Shown here: positions 35,877 to 44,237 of the stretch, in pieces
How positions within the stretch are numbered: position 1 is the first letter of the stretch
How the letters are laid out: every line of letters begins with the position of its first letter
Assembly: GCA_025928935.1 (NCBI GenBank)
Contig: JAICNB010000007.1
Coordinates: 2,870 to 66,869 of the forward strand
Origin: Acidimicrobiia bacterium
GTDB taxonomy: Bacteria; Actinomycetota; Acidimicrobiia; Spongiisociales; ZC4RG35
Length of the DNA stretch: 64,000 nucleotides
Direction: 5' to 3'
Translations under genes and position numbers: made by a program
Notes under the pieces: model-generated
Databases searched by the model: none
Told to the model about the DNA's origin: nothing
What the model saw: only the letters and a program-made list of their open reading frames with translations

Positions 35877-37016
35877 TCAGGCCGGCATCTCCTCCAGCTC
35901 GGTGAGGATCTTGGCGATCCGGCCCGTGCACGTCTCGAGCTCGGCGGGGGGGACCAACTCGACGAGGCGATCGCCGATCTCTCGGATCGCGTTGGCCGCG
36001 GGCGATCTAGCTTCACTCGTCACAACCGGCATGCCGAGGTCGCCCCCGGGCACGACTTCGGGGTCGAGCGGAATGGACCCGATGAGCGGCACGCCGAGAT
36101 CGGCGGCCAGCTCGGCGCCCCCTCCTACACCAAAGACGTGGTGGGCACGGCCGCAGTCGCACGCGAGGCCTGCCATGTTCTCGATGACGCCGACGATGGG
36201 CATGTGCGATCGGCGGGCCATGTCCGCGACCCTGACCGCGACCTTTTGTGCCGCCCGCTGCGGAGTTGTCACGACCACCATCTCCGCCTGGGGCAGCATC
36301 CGGGTCAAAGCCATCTGGATGTCACCGGTCCCCGGGGGCAGGTCGATGATCAGGTAGTCGAGGTCTCCCCACTCCACCTGCTTGAGGAACTGCTCGAGCG
36401 CCTTCGACAACATCAGGCCACGCCACATCAGAGCCGTCTCTTCGGTCTCGATGATGAGACCTGTCGAGACCAGCTTCACCCCCTGTGCATCGACCGGCAC
36501 GATGAGCTTGGTGTCAGGATCGGCCTCTAGGCGGTCTTCGACGCCCAGCATGCGTGGAGTCGAGAATCCCCAGATGTCGGCGTCGAGCAGCCCGACCCGG
36601 AATCCGGCCTGCGCAATGGTCACTGCAACGTTCACCGAAATGGACGACTTGCCCACGCCGCCCTTGCCCGACCCGATGGCGATGACCCTCGTGGTCGGGG
36701 AGACCTGAGTGGCCTCGGCGGATTCCCGGGCACGGGCTCGGGCCACGGACATGAGACCGGCCCGCTGCTTCCTGGTCATCGCGGTGGTGCGCACTGCCAC
36801 GTCGTCCACCCCGGGCATTGCCTCGACTCGGCGCCTTGTGTCGTTCTCGATCTGGTTGCGCAGGGGGCATTCGGCGATGGTGAGGGCGATCCCTACCTCG
36901 ACCGAGGTTCCGGCGACGTCGACGTCGGTGACCATTCCCAACTCGACGATGTTGCCGCCCAGCTCGGGATCGCGGACACCTTCGAGCGTCCTGATGACGT
37001 CGTCACGGGTGACCAT
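35877..37016 (-). CDS. Mrp/NBP35 (ApbC) family iron-sulfur cluster carrier ATPase
   Basis: N-terminal DUF59-like domain, P-loop GSGKGGVGKSS, and a CxxC motif (LACDCG). Confidence 0.9.
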   Translation of the reverse strand: MVTRDDVIRTLEGVRDPELGGNIVELGMVTDVDVAGTSVEVGIALTIAECPLRNQIENDTRRRVEAMPGVDDVAVRTTAMTRKQRAGLMSVARARARESAEATQVSPTTRVIAIGSGKGGVGKSSISVNVAVTIAQAGFRVGLLDADIWGFSTPRMLGVEDRLEADPDTKLIVPVDAQGVKLVSTGLIIETEETALMWRGLMLSKALEQFLKQVEWGDLDYLIIDLPPGTGDIQMALTRMLPQAEMVVVTTPQRAAQKVAVRVADMARRSHMPIVGVIENMAGLACDCGRAHHVFGVGGGAELAADLGVPLIGSIPLDPEVVPGGDLGMPVVTSEARSPAANAIREIGDRLVELVPPAELETCTGRIAKILTELEEMPA

Positions 37017-37111
37017 GTCACCCCAATGGTAATTTCCACTACGGGGATAGGGGAATGGAGATGTCCCTGCCAGCGGTTATGATGGGGGCACAGGCCACCA
37101 GATCCAGGAAA

Positions 37112-37474
37112 ATGACTCAGATCCTCAGCATCAAGTCGAACAAGCCAGAGAAGACGGTCGACGTCACCGAGACCGCCGTCGCCAAGATCGGCGAGCTCAT
37201 CGCCGAAGAGGGCGAGGCCGGTCTGGCCCTGCGTATGGCGGTACGCCCCGGTGGTTGCAGCGGCTTCTCTTACGAGATGTTCTTCGACAGTCAGATCGAC
37301 GATGCCGACATCGTCGAGGAGTACGGAGAGGTGCGGGTCGTGGTCGATCCGCAGAGCGCCGAGATGGTCAAGGGCTCGACCCTCGACTACAAGGACGGCC
37401 TCATGGGGGCGGGGTTCTCGATCAACAACCCCAACGTCTCCCGGACCTGCGGCTGCGGCAACAGCTTCTCCTGA
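37112..37474 (+). CDS. iron-sulfur cluster assembly accessory protein (HesB/IscA/ErpA family)
   Basis: RPGGCSGFSY and the C-terminal CGCGNSF motif. The start is ATG 37112. Confidence 0.85.
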   Translation: MTQILSIKSNKPEKTVDVTETAVAKIGELIAEEGEAGLALRMAVRPGGCSGFSYEMFFDSQIDDADIVEEYGEVRVVVDPQSAEMVKGSTLDYKDGLMGAGFSINNPNVSRTCGCGNSFS

Positions 37475-37536
37475 CACCACGTCGGTGTTGAGCCGGCCCA
37501 CGGGTAGCCTCCGCTGACAGCTAGCAGGAGTCGCGA

Positions 37537-37917
37537 TTGTCCAAAAAGGTGTTGTCCACGCCCTCTGCCCCGAAGGCGATGGGCCCCTATTCCTTCGCCA
37601 CCGAGGCTGGTGGCCTGGTCTTCCTCAGCGGCCAGGTGGCACTTGATCCTGCCACTGGCGACCGGAAACCCGACGACGTCGAGGTCCAGGCCAGGCAGGT
37701 CATGAACAACATCGGCGCCATCCTGGGAGATCTAGGGCTCGACTACTCCGACATCGCGAAGACGACGATCTTCCTCGCCGACATGGCGGATTACCCCAAG
37801 GTGAACGAGGTCTACGCCTCGTACTTCGGCACCGAGCCGCCGGCTCGCTCCGCCATCCAGGCGGGAGCGCTCCCCGGTGGCTTCATGGTCGAGATAGAAG
37901 TGGTGGCAGCGAGATGA
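37537..37917 (+). CDS. RidA family protein
   Basis: 126 aa with a TTG start. It shows a YjgF/RidA pattern (APKAMGPYS...GQVALDP...ARSAIQAGALP). Confidence 0.85.
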   Translation: MSKKVLSTPSAPKAMGPYSFATEAGGLVFLSGQVALDPATGDRKPDDVEVQARQVMNNIGAILGDLGLDYSDIAKTTIFLADMADYPKVNEVYASYFGTEPPARSAIQAGALPGGFMVEIEVVAAR

Positions 37918-39428
37918 ACAAACAACAGGTCTTCGACGCGCTCGGGCTCTCCGAGCACAACAGCGGCGTCTTCGCGGGTGACTGGCTGGAGCCGACCGGC
38001 GAGCGGGTGGAGGTGGTCAACCCGACCACTGGGGAGATCCTGGCCACCGTCGGGATGGCATCAGCGGACGACTATGACCGTGTCGCAGAGTCGTCGGTCG
38101 AGACGTTCGAGCGTTGGCGCAACCTCCCCGCGCCGAAGCGGGGCGAGTACGTCCGTCGCCTCGGCGACGCCCTCCGGGAGAAGATCGAGCCGCTGGGTGC
38201 CCTGGTGACCCTCGAGATGGGGAAGATCCTGCCCGAGGGGATTGGTGAGGTTCAGGAGATGGTCGACATCTGCGATTTCGCCGTCGGGCTCTCCCGTCAG
38301 CTCTACGGGAACACGATGGCTTCGGAGCGCCCCAACCACCGCATGTACGAGCACTGGCATCCGCTCGGGCCGGTGGGGGTGATCTCCGCCTTCAACTTCC
38401 CGGTAGCGGTTTGGTCATGGAACGCTGCGATCGCGGCCGTCTGCGGCGACACCGTGTTGTGGAAGCCATCCGAGAGGACACCTCTGAGTGCCATCGCCGT
38501 CACCAGGATCGCCCAAGAGGTCATGGCGGGCAGTGGGTTCGAGGGCGTCTTCAACCTCGTCGTCGGTGATGGTGCCACCGTTGGCAATCGGATGAACCAG
38601 GACACCAGGATCCCCCTCATCTCGGCGACAGGGTCGTGCAACATGGGCAGGATCGTGGGGCCGGCCGTCGCCCAGCGCATGGGCCGGACCATCCTCGAGC
38701 TGGGTGGGAACAACGCGGTCATCGTCATGGACGATGCAGACCTCGACCTGGCGGTCCGGGCGACTCTCTTCTCGGCAGTGGGCACTGCCGGTCAGAGGTG
38801 CACCAGCCTCCGCCGCCTCCTGGTCCATCGGGCCATCGCCGACAAGATGGTCAGCCGTCTCACCGAGGCCTACAAGCAGGTCAGCATCGGCGACCCGCTG
38901 GAGGCCGGCACCTTGATGGGCCCGGTGGTAGGCGAGCGCGCAGTGGACCAAATGATGAGCGCGCTCGACGTCGCCCGCGAGCAAGGGGCGAGGATCGTCA
39001 CCGGCGGGAACCGGATCGATCGTGAAGGGTTCTTCGTCGAGCCCACGATCGCGGTGGTCCCCAAGGATGCGTCGATCACCCAGGAGGAGACGTTCGCACC
39101 CATCCTCTGGGTGATCGAGTTCGACACGCTGGAGGAAGCGATCGAGATCCAGAACGGCGTCACCCAGGGCCTGTCCTCGGCGATCTTCACCGAGTCCCTC
39201 CGCAACGCCGAGAGATTTCTCAGCGGCGCCGGATCGGACTGCGGGATCGCCAACGTCAACATCGGCACCTCCGGTGCCGAGATCGGCGGCGCCTTCGGGG
39301 GTGAGAAGGAGACGGGTGGCGGTCGGGAAGCCGGGTCGGACGCGTGGAAGGCCTACATGCGCAGGCAGACCACGACGATCAACTGGGGTGACGACCTGCC
39401 TCTGGCCCAGGGCATCGAGTTCGGCTAG
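37914..39428 (+). CDS. aldehyde dehydrogenase family protein (ALDH7 / piperideine-6-carboxylate dehydrogenase-like)
   Basis: 504 aa. ELGGNNA and GQRCTS give the catalytic Glu/Cys motifs. ATGA overlap with the RidA gene. Confidence 0.9.
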   Translation: MNKQQVFDALGLSEHNSGVFAGDWLEPTGERVEVVNPTTGEILATVGMASADDYDRVAESSVETFERWRNLPAPKRGEYVRRLGDALREKIEPLGALVTLEMGKILPEGIGEVQEMVDICDFAVGLSRQLYGNTMASERPNHRMYEHWHPLGPVGVISAFNFPVAVWSWNAAIAAVCGDTVLWKPSERTPLSAIAVTRIAQEVMAGSGFEGVFNLVVGDGATVGNRMNQDTRIPLISATGSCNMGRIVGPAVAQRMGRTILELGGNNAVIVMDDADLDLAVRATLFSAVGTAGQRCTSLRRLLVHRAIADKMVSRLTEAYKQVSIGDPLEAGTLMGPVVGERAVDQMMSALDVAREQGARIVTGGNRIDREGFFVEPTIAVVPKDASITQEETFAPILWVIEFDTLEEAIEIQNGVTQGLSSAIFTESLRNAERFLSGAGSDCGIANVNIGTSGAEIGGAFGGEKETGGGREAGSDAWKAYMRRQTTTINWGDDLPLAQGIEFG

Positions 39429-39430
39429 CC

Positions 39431-40012
39431 ATGGACGCCCAGGGATGGGATGAGCGGTACCAGAGTCATGACCACCTTTGGTCTGTCACGCCCAACATCT
39501 TCGTCGCCGACCGGCTGAAGGGGGCCGCGCCGGGCCGCGGTGTCGACGTAGCCGCGGGAGAGGGTAGGAACGCGATCTGGCTGGCGTCCCTCGGCTGGGA
39601 GATGACCGCGGTCGACTTCTCCGAGGTCGCCACCGCCCGGGGACGGTCGCATTCAGAGGCCGTCGACTTCGTCGTCGCCGACGTAACGACCTGGGAGCCC
39701 GACGGGGTCTTCGACCTGGTCCTCATGGCATATCTCCACCTGACTGCTGCCGATTTCGAGAGCCTGGTCCGGCGGTCCAGGGACTGGCTCGCTTCGGGGG
39801 GTGAGCTCTTCCTCATCGGCCATGACGTATCCAACGTCGACGACGGGTGGGGTGGGCCGGAGGACCCGGAGATACTTTGGGACGTTCCAGAGGTAGTCGG
39901 CTGGCTGGAGGGGATGACCGTTGTCGAAGCCGAGGTCGTCAACCGCCCGGTCGACAGCGACGATGGCCGCCACTATGCCCGTGACGCCCTGGTTCGGGCG
40001 CGCGTCCCCTAG
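39431..40012 (+). CDS. class I SAM-dependent methyltransferase
   Basis: Motif I is VDVAAGEGRNAIWLA. Small Rossmann-fold size (193 aa). Confidence 0.75.
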   Translation: MDAQGWDERYQSHDHLWSVTPNIFVADRLKGAAPGRGVDVAAGEGRNAIWLASLGWEMTAVDFSEVATARGRSHSEAVDFVVADVTTWEPDGVFDLVLMAYLHLTAADFESLVRRSRDWLASGGELFLIGHDVSNVDDGWGGPEDPEILWDVPEVVGWLEGMTVVEAEVVNRPVDSDDGRHYARDALVRARVP

Positions 40013-41160
40013 ACCCGGCTCAGCGCGGAATCGAGATCGTCGATCAGGTCCTCGACGTCCTCGAGGCCAACCGAGAGCCGGACCAGCCCGTCGGTGATGC
40101 CCGCCTTGACCCGCTCCTCCGCTGGGATGGCGGCGTGAGTCATCGTGACGGGATGGGTGATCAGCGACTCCACCGAGCCCAGGTTCTCGGCCAGGCTCCA
40201 CAACTCGACGGAGTCCATCAGCTTCTTCCCCGTCTCCGAGCCTCCGTGGACCTCGAAGCACACCATCGCCCCGAAGCCTGATGCCTGACGTGACGAGAGT
40301 TCGAACTGTGGGTGTGACGGCAGCCCCGGGTAATTGACGTAATCGACCTTCGGATGGCCCCCCAGCCATCGGGCGATCTCGAGGGCGCTGGCCGATTGCC
40401 GGTCCATCCTCTCGCTGAGGGTCTTCGCACCCTGCATGGTGAGCCAGGCCACCATGGGCGACATGATCAACCCTGCCGAGATGCGGGCGAAAGCCACCCG
40501 GTCGTGCAGCTCCTGGCTGTCCACCACCACCGCGCCTCCGAGAGTCGCATTGTGGCCGTCCAGGAACTTCGTCGTCGAATGAATGACGATGTTCGCCCCC
40601 AGCTCGAGGGGACGCTGGAAGTAGGGGGTGAGGAAGGTGTTGTCGGTGACGTGGAGGACCCCGGCCGAGGAGGCGATCTCGGAGACCGCCTCCAGATCGG
40701 TCACCTTCAGCGTGGGATTGGCGGGCGACTCGGTGAAGACGAGACGTGTCCCGGGACGCATGACTTCGCTGATGGCCGCCGGGTCGGAGGCATCGGCGAA
40801 GGTTACGTCCACCCCGAACTTGCTCAGGAACTGGTCTGCGAAGCGATAGGTGCCGCCGTAGACGACATCGGCGATGACCACGTGGTCGCCCGCCTGGAGG
40901 AGACCCAGGAACACTGCCACCGTCGCCGCCATCCCCGAGGAATAGGCGGTGGTGTCATGTCCTTGCTCGAGCGCGGTCAACTTCTCTTCGAAGGCTCGCA
41001 CCGTCGGATTGCCCCCCCGGCTGTAGGAGTAGCCCTTGCCCATGTACTCGTCGACCGAGTCCTGGACGAAGGTGGTCGACTGGAAGATCGGTGTCAGGAT
41101 GGCGCCGGTCGTCGGATCGGGCGTCACCCCGGCATGTACCTGCTTGGTGCGGAATCCCAT
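40009..41160 (-). CDS. PLP-dependent transsulfuration enzyme (cystathionine gamma-synthase/beta-lyase family)
   Basis: 383 aa. The PLP lysine motif is HSTTKFLDGHN. Overall Cys/Met-metabolism PLP family pattern. Confidence 0.85.
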   Translation of the reverse strand: MGFRTKQVHAGVTPDPTTGAILTPIFQSTTFVQDSVDEYMGKGYSYSRGGNPTVRAFEEKLTALEQGHDTTAYSSGMAATVAVFLGLLQAGDHVVIADVVYGGTYRFADQFLSKFGVDVTFADASDPAAISEVMRPGTRLVFTESPANPTLKVTDLEAVSEIASSAGVLHVTDNTFLTPYFQRPLELGANIVIHSTTKFLDGHNATLGGAVVVDSQELHDRVAFARISAGLIMSPMVAWLTMQGAKTLSERMDRQSASALEIARWLGGHPKVDYVNYPGLPSHPQFELSSRQASGFGAMVCFEVHGGSETGKKLMDSVELWSLAENLGSVESLITHPVTMTHAAIPAEERVKAGITDGLVRLSVGLEDVEDLIDDLDSALSRV

Positions 41161-41170
41161 GGGGCAATTA

Positions 41171-41217
41171 AAGCGTGTGCAGATGGACAGCCCAGACGGT
41201 GTCTACCGCACACGCTT
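41171..41217. repeat. palindromic intergenic element, copy 2
   Basis: AAGCGTGTGCAGATGGACAG...GCACACGCTT with 10-bp perfect arms. It overlaps the DUF559 stop codon. Confidence 0.7.
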
Positions 41218-42148
41218 AGGCAGATTGACGCCATCGGCCTGCGGCAAGAAGTGTCTGCAAGCATTGTTCCGGGTGGTCCTTAAGCATGCGATAGGTGAAG
41301 CGGATTACGACCATGCCCGCGGCAGCCGCCGCGTTGTCTCGAAGGCGATCCCGTTCAAAGTCGGCCTGTCTGGTGTGCCAGCGACGCCCGTCTCCCTCGA
41401 CGATCATTCTCCAGTTAGGGATGTAAGCGTCGACAGTCGCCGCGACTTGGGGGTAATTCATCGGCACCTGCCTGGTGCTCCTGGGAAGCGCCGGTGTTTC
41501 GAGCAACCTGTAGAGCAGCCGTTCCAGCTCTGTGGTCGGAGGCTGGTAGGCGTCGTCGGAGCGCTCTCGTACCAGCGACCGCAACATCGGGAGTCCCCGT
41601 TGTCGTGCGTTCTCCAGTCGTTCGAAGATGGGAGCGAAATCAGACGCAGTCAGTGCACCGCTCGCCAGTTGATCGTCGAGGCACCGCTCAATGGTTATGT
41701 AGTTCTCTCTCAACGACATGGTCAAGATCGTCTCGGCCACGGTCGTGCAGACAAATCCCCGCGCCCTGGTGGTCGAGATCACATCGAAGTGCCGGCTACG
41801 AATCACCCTGGCAATTGGTGACCTCGCGTTGCCGGGGAACGGCATGAGGATCTCGGGACGGGACTTCCTGACCCCTTCGAAACTGTGGAGAACCGCCACC
41901 GATCGGCCGGCCACGAGGCCGCCTGGATGACTGAGAATCGCAGCTGTGAGACGCTGCTCCCACGTTGCAGGGGAGGCGGCCATGACGTAGACTCCCGAGC
42001 AGACGACGCGCCAGTCGCCCGTCCGGAGTCGTTGAGCGATCTGGGACCTCGTGATCCCGATTTCCCGGGCCTGCGCTCGTGACAGGACGCCATGTTGCCT
42101 TGCCGCCAGACCGTTGAGGAGTCTCAGGTCCACCACAGTGGGTACCAC
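41216..42148 (-). CDS. AbiEi-like HTH N-terminal domain / DUF559 endonuclease-like C-terminal domain protein
   Basis: 310 aa with a GTG start. The N-terminal part GVLSRAQAREIGITRSQIAQRLRTGDW is HTH-like. The C-terminal part VDAYIPNWRMIVEGDGRRWH...RDRLRDNAAAAAGMVVIRFTY is typical of DUF559 (Vsr-like fold). Confidence 0.7.
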   Translation of the reverse strand: MVPTVVDLRLLNGLAARQHGVLSRAQAREIGITRSQIAQRLRTGDWRVVCSGVYVMAASPATWEQRLTAAILSHPGGLVAGRSVAVLHSFEGVRKSRPEILMPFPGNARSPIARVIRSRHFDVISTTRARGFVCTTVAETILTMSLRENYITIERCLDDQLASGALTASDFAPIFERLENARQRGLPMLRSLVRERSDDAYQPPTTELERLLYRLLETPALPRSTRQVPMNYPQVAATVDAYIPNWRMIVEGDGRRWHTRQADFERDRLRDNAAAAAGMVVIRFTYRMLKDHPEQCLQTLLAAGRWRQSA

Positions 42149-42197
42149 TAAGGCAATGCCCTGACCGATTCAAGAAGGGCGTGTTCCCCCTCGACGG

Positions 42198-42242
42198 TGC
42201 GTGTGCAGGTCGACACGTCTGACCTGTCCATCTGCACACGCT
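42198..42242. repeat. palindromic intergenic element, copy 3 (inverted relative to copy 2)
   Basis: Its reverse complement, AGCGTGTGCAGATGGACAGGTCAGACGTGTCGACCTGCACACGC, shares the first 19 nt exactly with copy 2. It lies 9 nt after the stop of the RR gene. Confidence 0.7.
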
Positions 42243-42251
42243 CAGGACCCC

Positions 42252-42887
42252 TCAGCCGAATCGATAGCCGACCGAGCGCACCGTGGTGATCCAGGAGGCG
42301 CGTTCCTCGCCGAGCTTGGAGCGAAGACGCCGGATGTGGACGTCGACGGTGCGGGCGCCGCCGTAGTACTCGTAACCCCACACCTTGGAGAGGAGCTGCT
42401 CCCGGGACCAGACACGGATCGGGTTCTCGACCAGAAAGCGAAGTAGCTCGTATTCCATGAAGGTGAGATCGATCGGGTTGGAGGCGAGTGTCGCCTGGTA
42501 GTTCAGGGTGTTGAGCTCGAGGTCCTTGAACGCCACCAGGTGCCCACCAGTCTCCTCCCGGGTCAGCCGCTGCACCCGCAGCCGCAGCTCCAACGGGTCG
42601 ACCGGCGAGAGGACGAAGTCCGAGATCCCCTTGGTCGATTCGATCAGGGCGAGCTGATCCCCGGAGAGGACGACGACGATGGGTAGGGCGATCTCCTCGG
42701 CGATGCGCGCTACCTCGCGCAAACGGCGTATCGGCTGGTCGCCGAGCTCGACGAGGAGCAGGTCGGAGTCGTTGACGGTCCGGTCCTCGGGGACCAGCTC
42801 CGGGGCCCCGACGTGGGTGGCCCCGGCGAGGAGGAGCCCGTCGAGGATGCTCTCCGAGCAATCGATGGGATAGACCGCGACGTTCAC
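42252..42887 (-). CDS. OmpR-family response regulator, GlnR-like, atypical receiver domain
   Basis: The GTG start at 42887 forms a GTGA overlap with the glnA stop. The winged-helix C-terminus reads WGYEYYGGARTVDVHIRRLRSKLG...VRSVGYRF. The receiver has LLLVELG where the acceptor Asp is expected. Confidence 0.7.
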   Translation of the reverse strand: MNVAVYPIDCSESILDGLLLAGATHVGAPELVPEDRTVNDSDLLLVELGDQPIRRLREVARIAEEIALPIVVVLSGDQLALIESTKGISDFVLSPVDPLELRLRVQRLTREETGGHLVAFKDLELNTLNYQATLASNPIDLTFMEYELLRFLVENPIRVWSREQLLSKVWGYEYYGGARTVDVHIRRLRSKLGEERASWITTVRSVGYRFG

Positions 42888-44209
42888 AGGACCGGGAGAT
42901 AGCTCTCTAACTCGAACCGCGAGACATGGTGCTGGTAGCGGTCCCACTCCTTGCGCTTGTTGCGGATGAACCAATCGAAGACATGCTCGCCGAGCGCCTC
43001 GGCCACCAGCTCCGAGCGCTCCATGAGGTCGAGTGCCTCGGACAGGGTCTCGGGGAGCCTCCTGGCCCCGGCGGCGGCGCGCTCCGCATGGGTCATGTGC
43101 TGGATATTGGCCGAGATCTCAGGCGGAAGCTCGTATCCCTCCCGAATCCCGGCCAGACCTGCGCAGAGGATCACGGAGAGGGTCAGATACGGGTTGCATG
43201 CGGCGTCGGCCGCGCGGTACTCGACCCGGACGCTGGAGGGCTTGCCCTTCTTCACGGTGGGGACACGCACCAGCGCCGATTGGTTGTTGCGGGCCCACGA
43301 GATGTAGATCGGGGCATCGAAGCCGTCGACCAGCCGCTTGTACGAGTTGACCCACTGGTTGGTGATGGCCGTCATCTCCGAGGCATGGCGCAGGATCCCG
43401 GCGATGAAGGCCTGTCCGATCTTGGACAGGCCGCCCGGGGTGCCCGGCTCGTGGAAGGCGTTGACATCGTCCTCGAAGAGCGAGAGGTGGAGATGCATGC
43501 CCGAGCCGTCGTGCTCCTCCAGCGGCTTGGGCATGAACGTGGCGTAGATGCCATGTTTCAGCGCCACCTCCTTCACGGTCAGTCGGGAGGTCATGATGGT
43601 GTCGGCCATGGTGAGGGCATCGGTGTAACGGGCGATGATCTCGTGCTGGCTGGGGGCGACCTCGTGATGCGAGTGCTCGATCGGGATCCCCATCTGCTCC
43701 AGAGCGTTGATGGTGTCGCGCCGGTAGTCCTGGGCGACGTCGAGAGGGGTCAGGTCGAAGTACCCGCCGTGGTCGAGCACCTCCGGCTCGGGCCCGGAGT
43801 CCTTGAAGTAGAAGAACTCGAGCTCGGGGGCGGCGTAGAAGTTGTACCCCATCTCCGAGGCACGGGCCAGGTTCCGCTTGAGGACATTGCGCGGGTCACC
43901 CGAGAATGGCTCCCCGTCGGGGGTGGCGATGTCACAGAACATCCGCGCCACCTGTTGCTCGGTCCGCCAGGGGAGCACGCCGAACGTCGAGGGATCGGGG
44001 CGGGCCAGCATGTCGGCTTCCTGGATCCGGGCATACCCGTCGATGGCCGACCCGTCGAAGGTCATGCCCTCCTCGAAGGCGACCTCGAGCTCTGCCGGGC
44101 TGATGGAAACCGACTTGAGGAATCCCTGGACATCGGTGAACCAGAGCCGGATGAACCTGATCCCGCGCTCCTCCACGGTCCGCATCACGTACTCGGCCTG
44201 CTTGTTCAT
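42884..44209 (-). CDS. glnA: type I glutamine synthetase (GlnA2-like)
   Basis: The start MNKQAEYVMRTVEERGIRFIRLWFTDVQGFLKS resembles the GlnA2 N-terminus as I recall it (not aligned here). GS catalytic motifs are present, including MPKPLEEHDGSGMHLHLS. Confidence 0.9.
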   Translation of the reverse strand: MNKQAEYVMRTVEERGIRFIRLWFTDVQGFLKSVSISPAELEVAFEEGMTFDGSAIDGYARIQEADMLARPDPSTFGVLPWRTEQQVARMFCDIATPDGEPFSGDPRNVLKRNLARASEMGYNFYAAPELEFFYFKDSGPEPEVLDHGGYFDLTPLDVAQDYRRDTINALEQMGIPIEHSHHEVAPSQHEIIARYTDALTMADTIMTSRLTVKEVALKHGIYATFMPKPLEEHDGSGMHLHLSLFEDDVNAFHEPGTPGGLSKIGQAFIAGILRHASEMTAITNQWVNSYKRLVDGFDAPIYISWARNNQSALVRVPTVKKGKPSSVRVEYRAADAACNPYLTLSVILCAGLAGIREGYELPPEISANIQHMTHAERAAAGARRLPETLSEALDLMERSELVAEALGEHVFDWFIRNKRKEWDRYQHHVSRFELESYLPVL

Positions 44210-44237
44210 GCCATGTCCCGACTCGGTTGAGCCCACA

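Noticed and set aside
37112-37474. The HesB/IscA-like gene as a HesB-like selenoprotein, given the nearby selAB.
   Set aside because: The C-terminal CGCG motif is encoded by TGC codons. There is no in-frame TGA.
41216-42148. The AbiEi-like gene as a type IV toxin-antitoxin (AbiE) defence module.
   Set aside because: There is no adjacent AbiEii nucleotidyltransferase toxin. The HTH domain is fused to DUF559 instead, so a functional AbiE pair is not supported.
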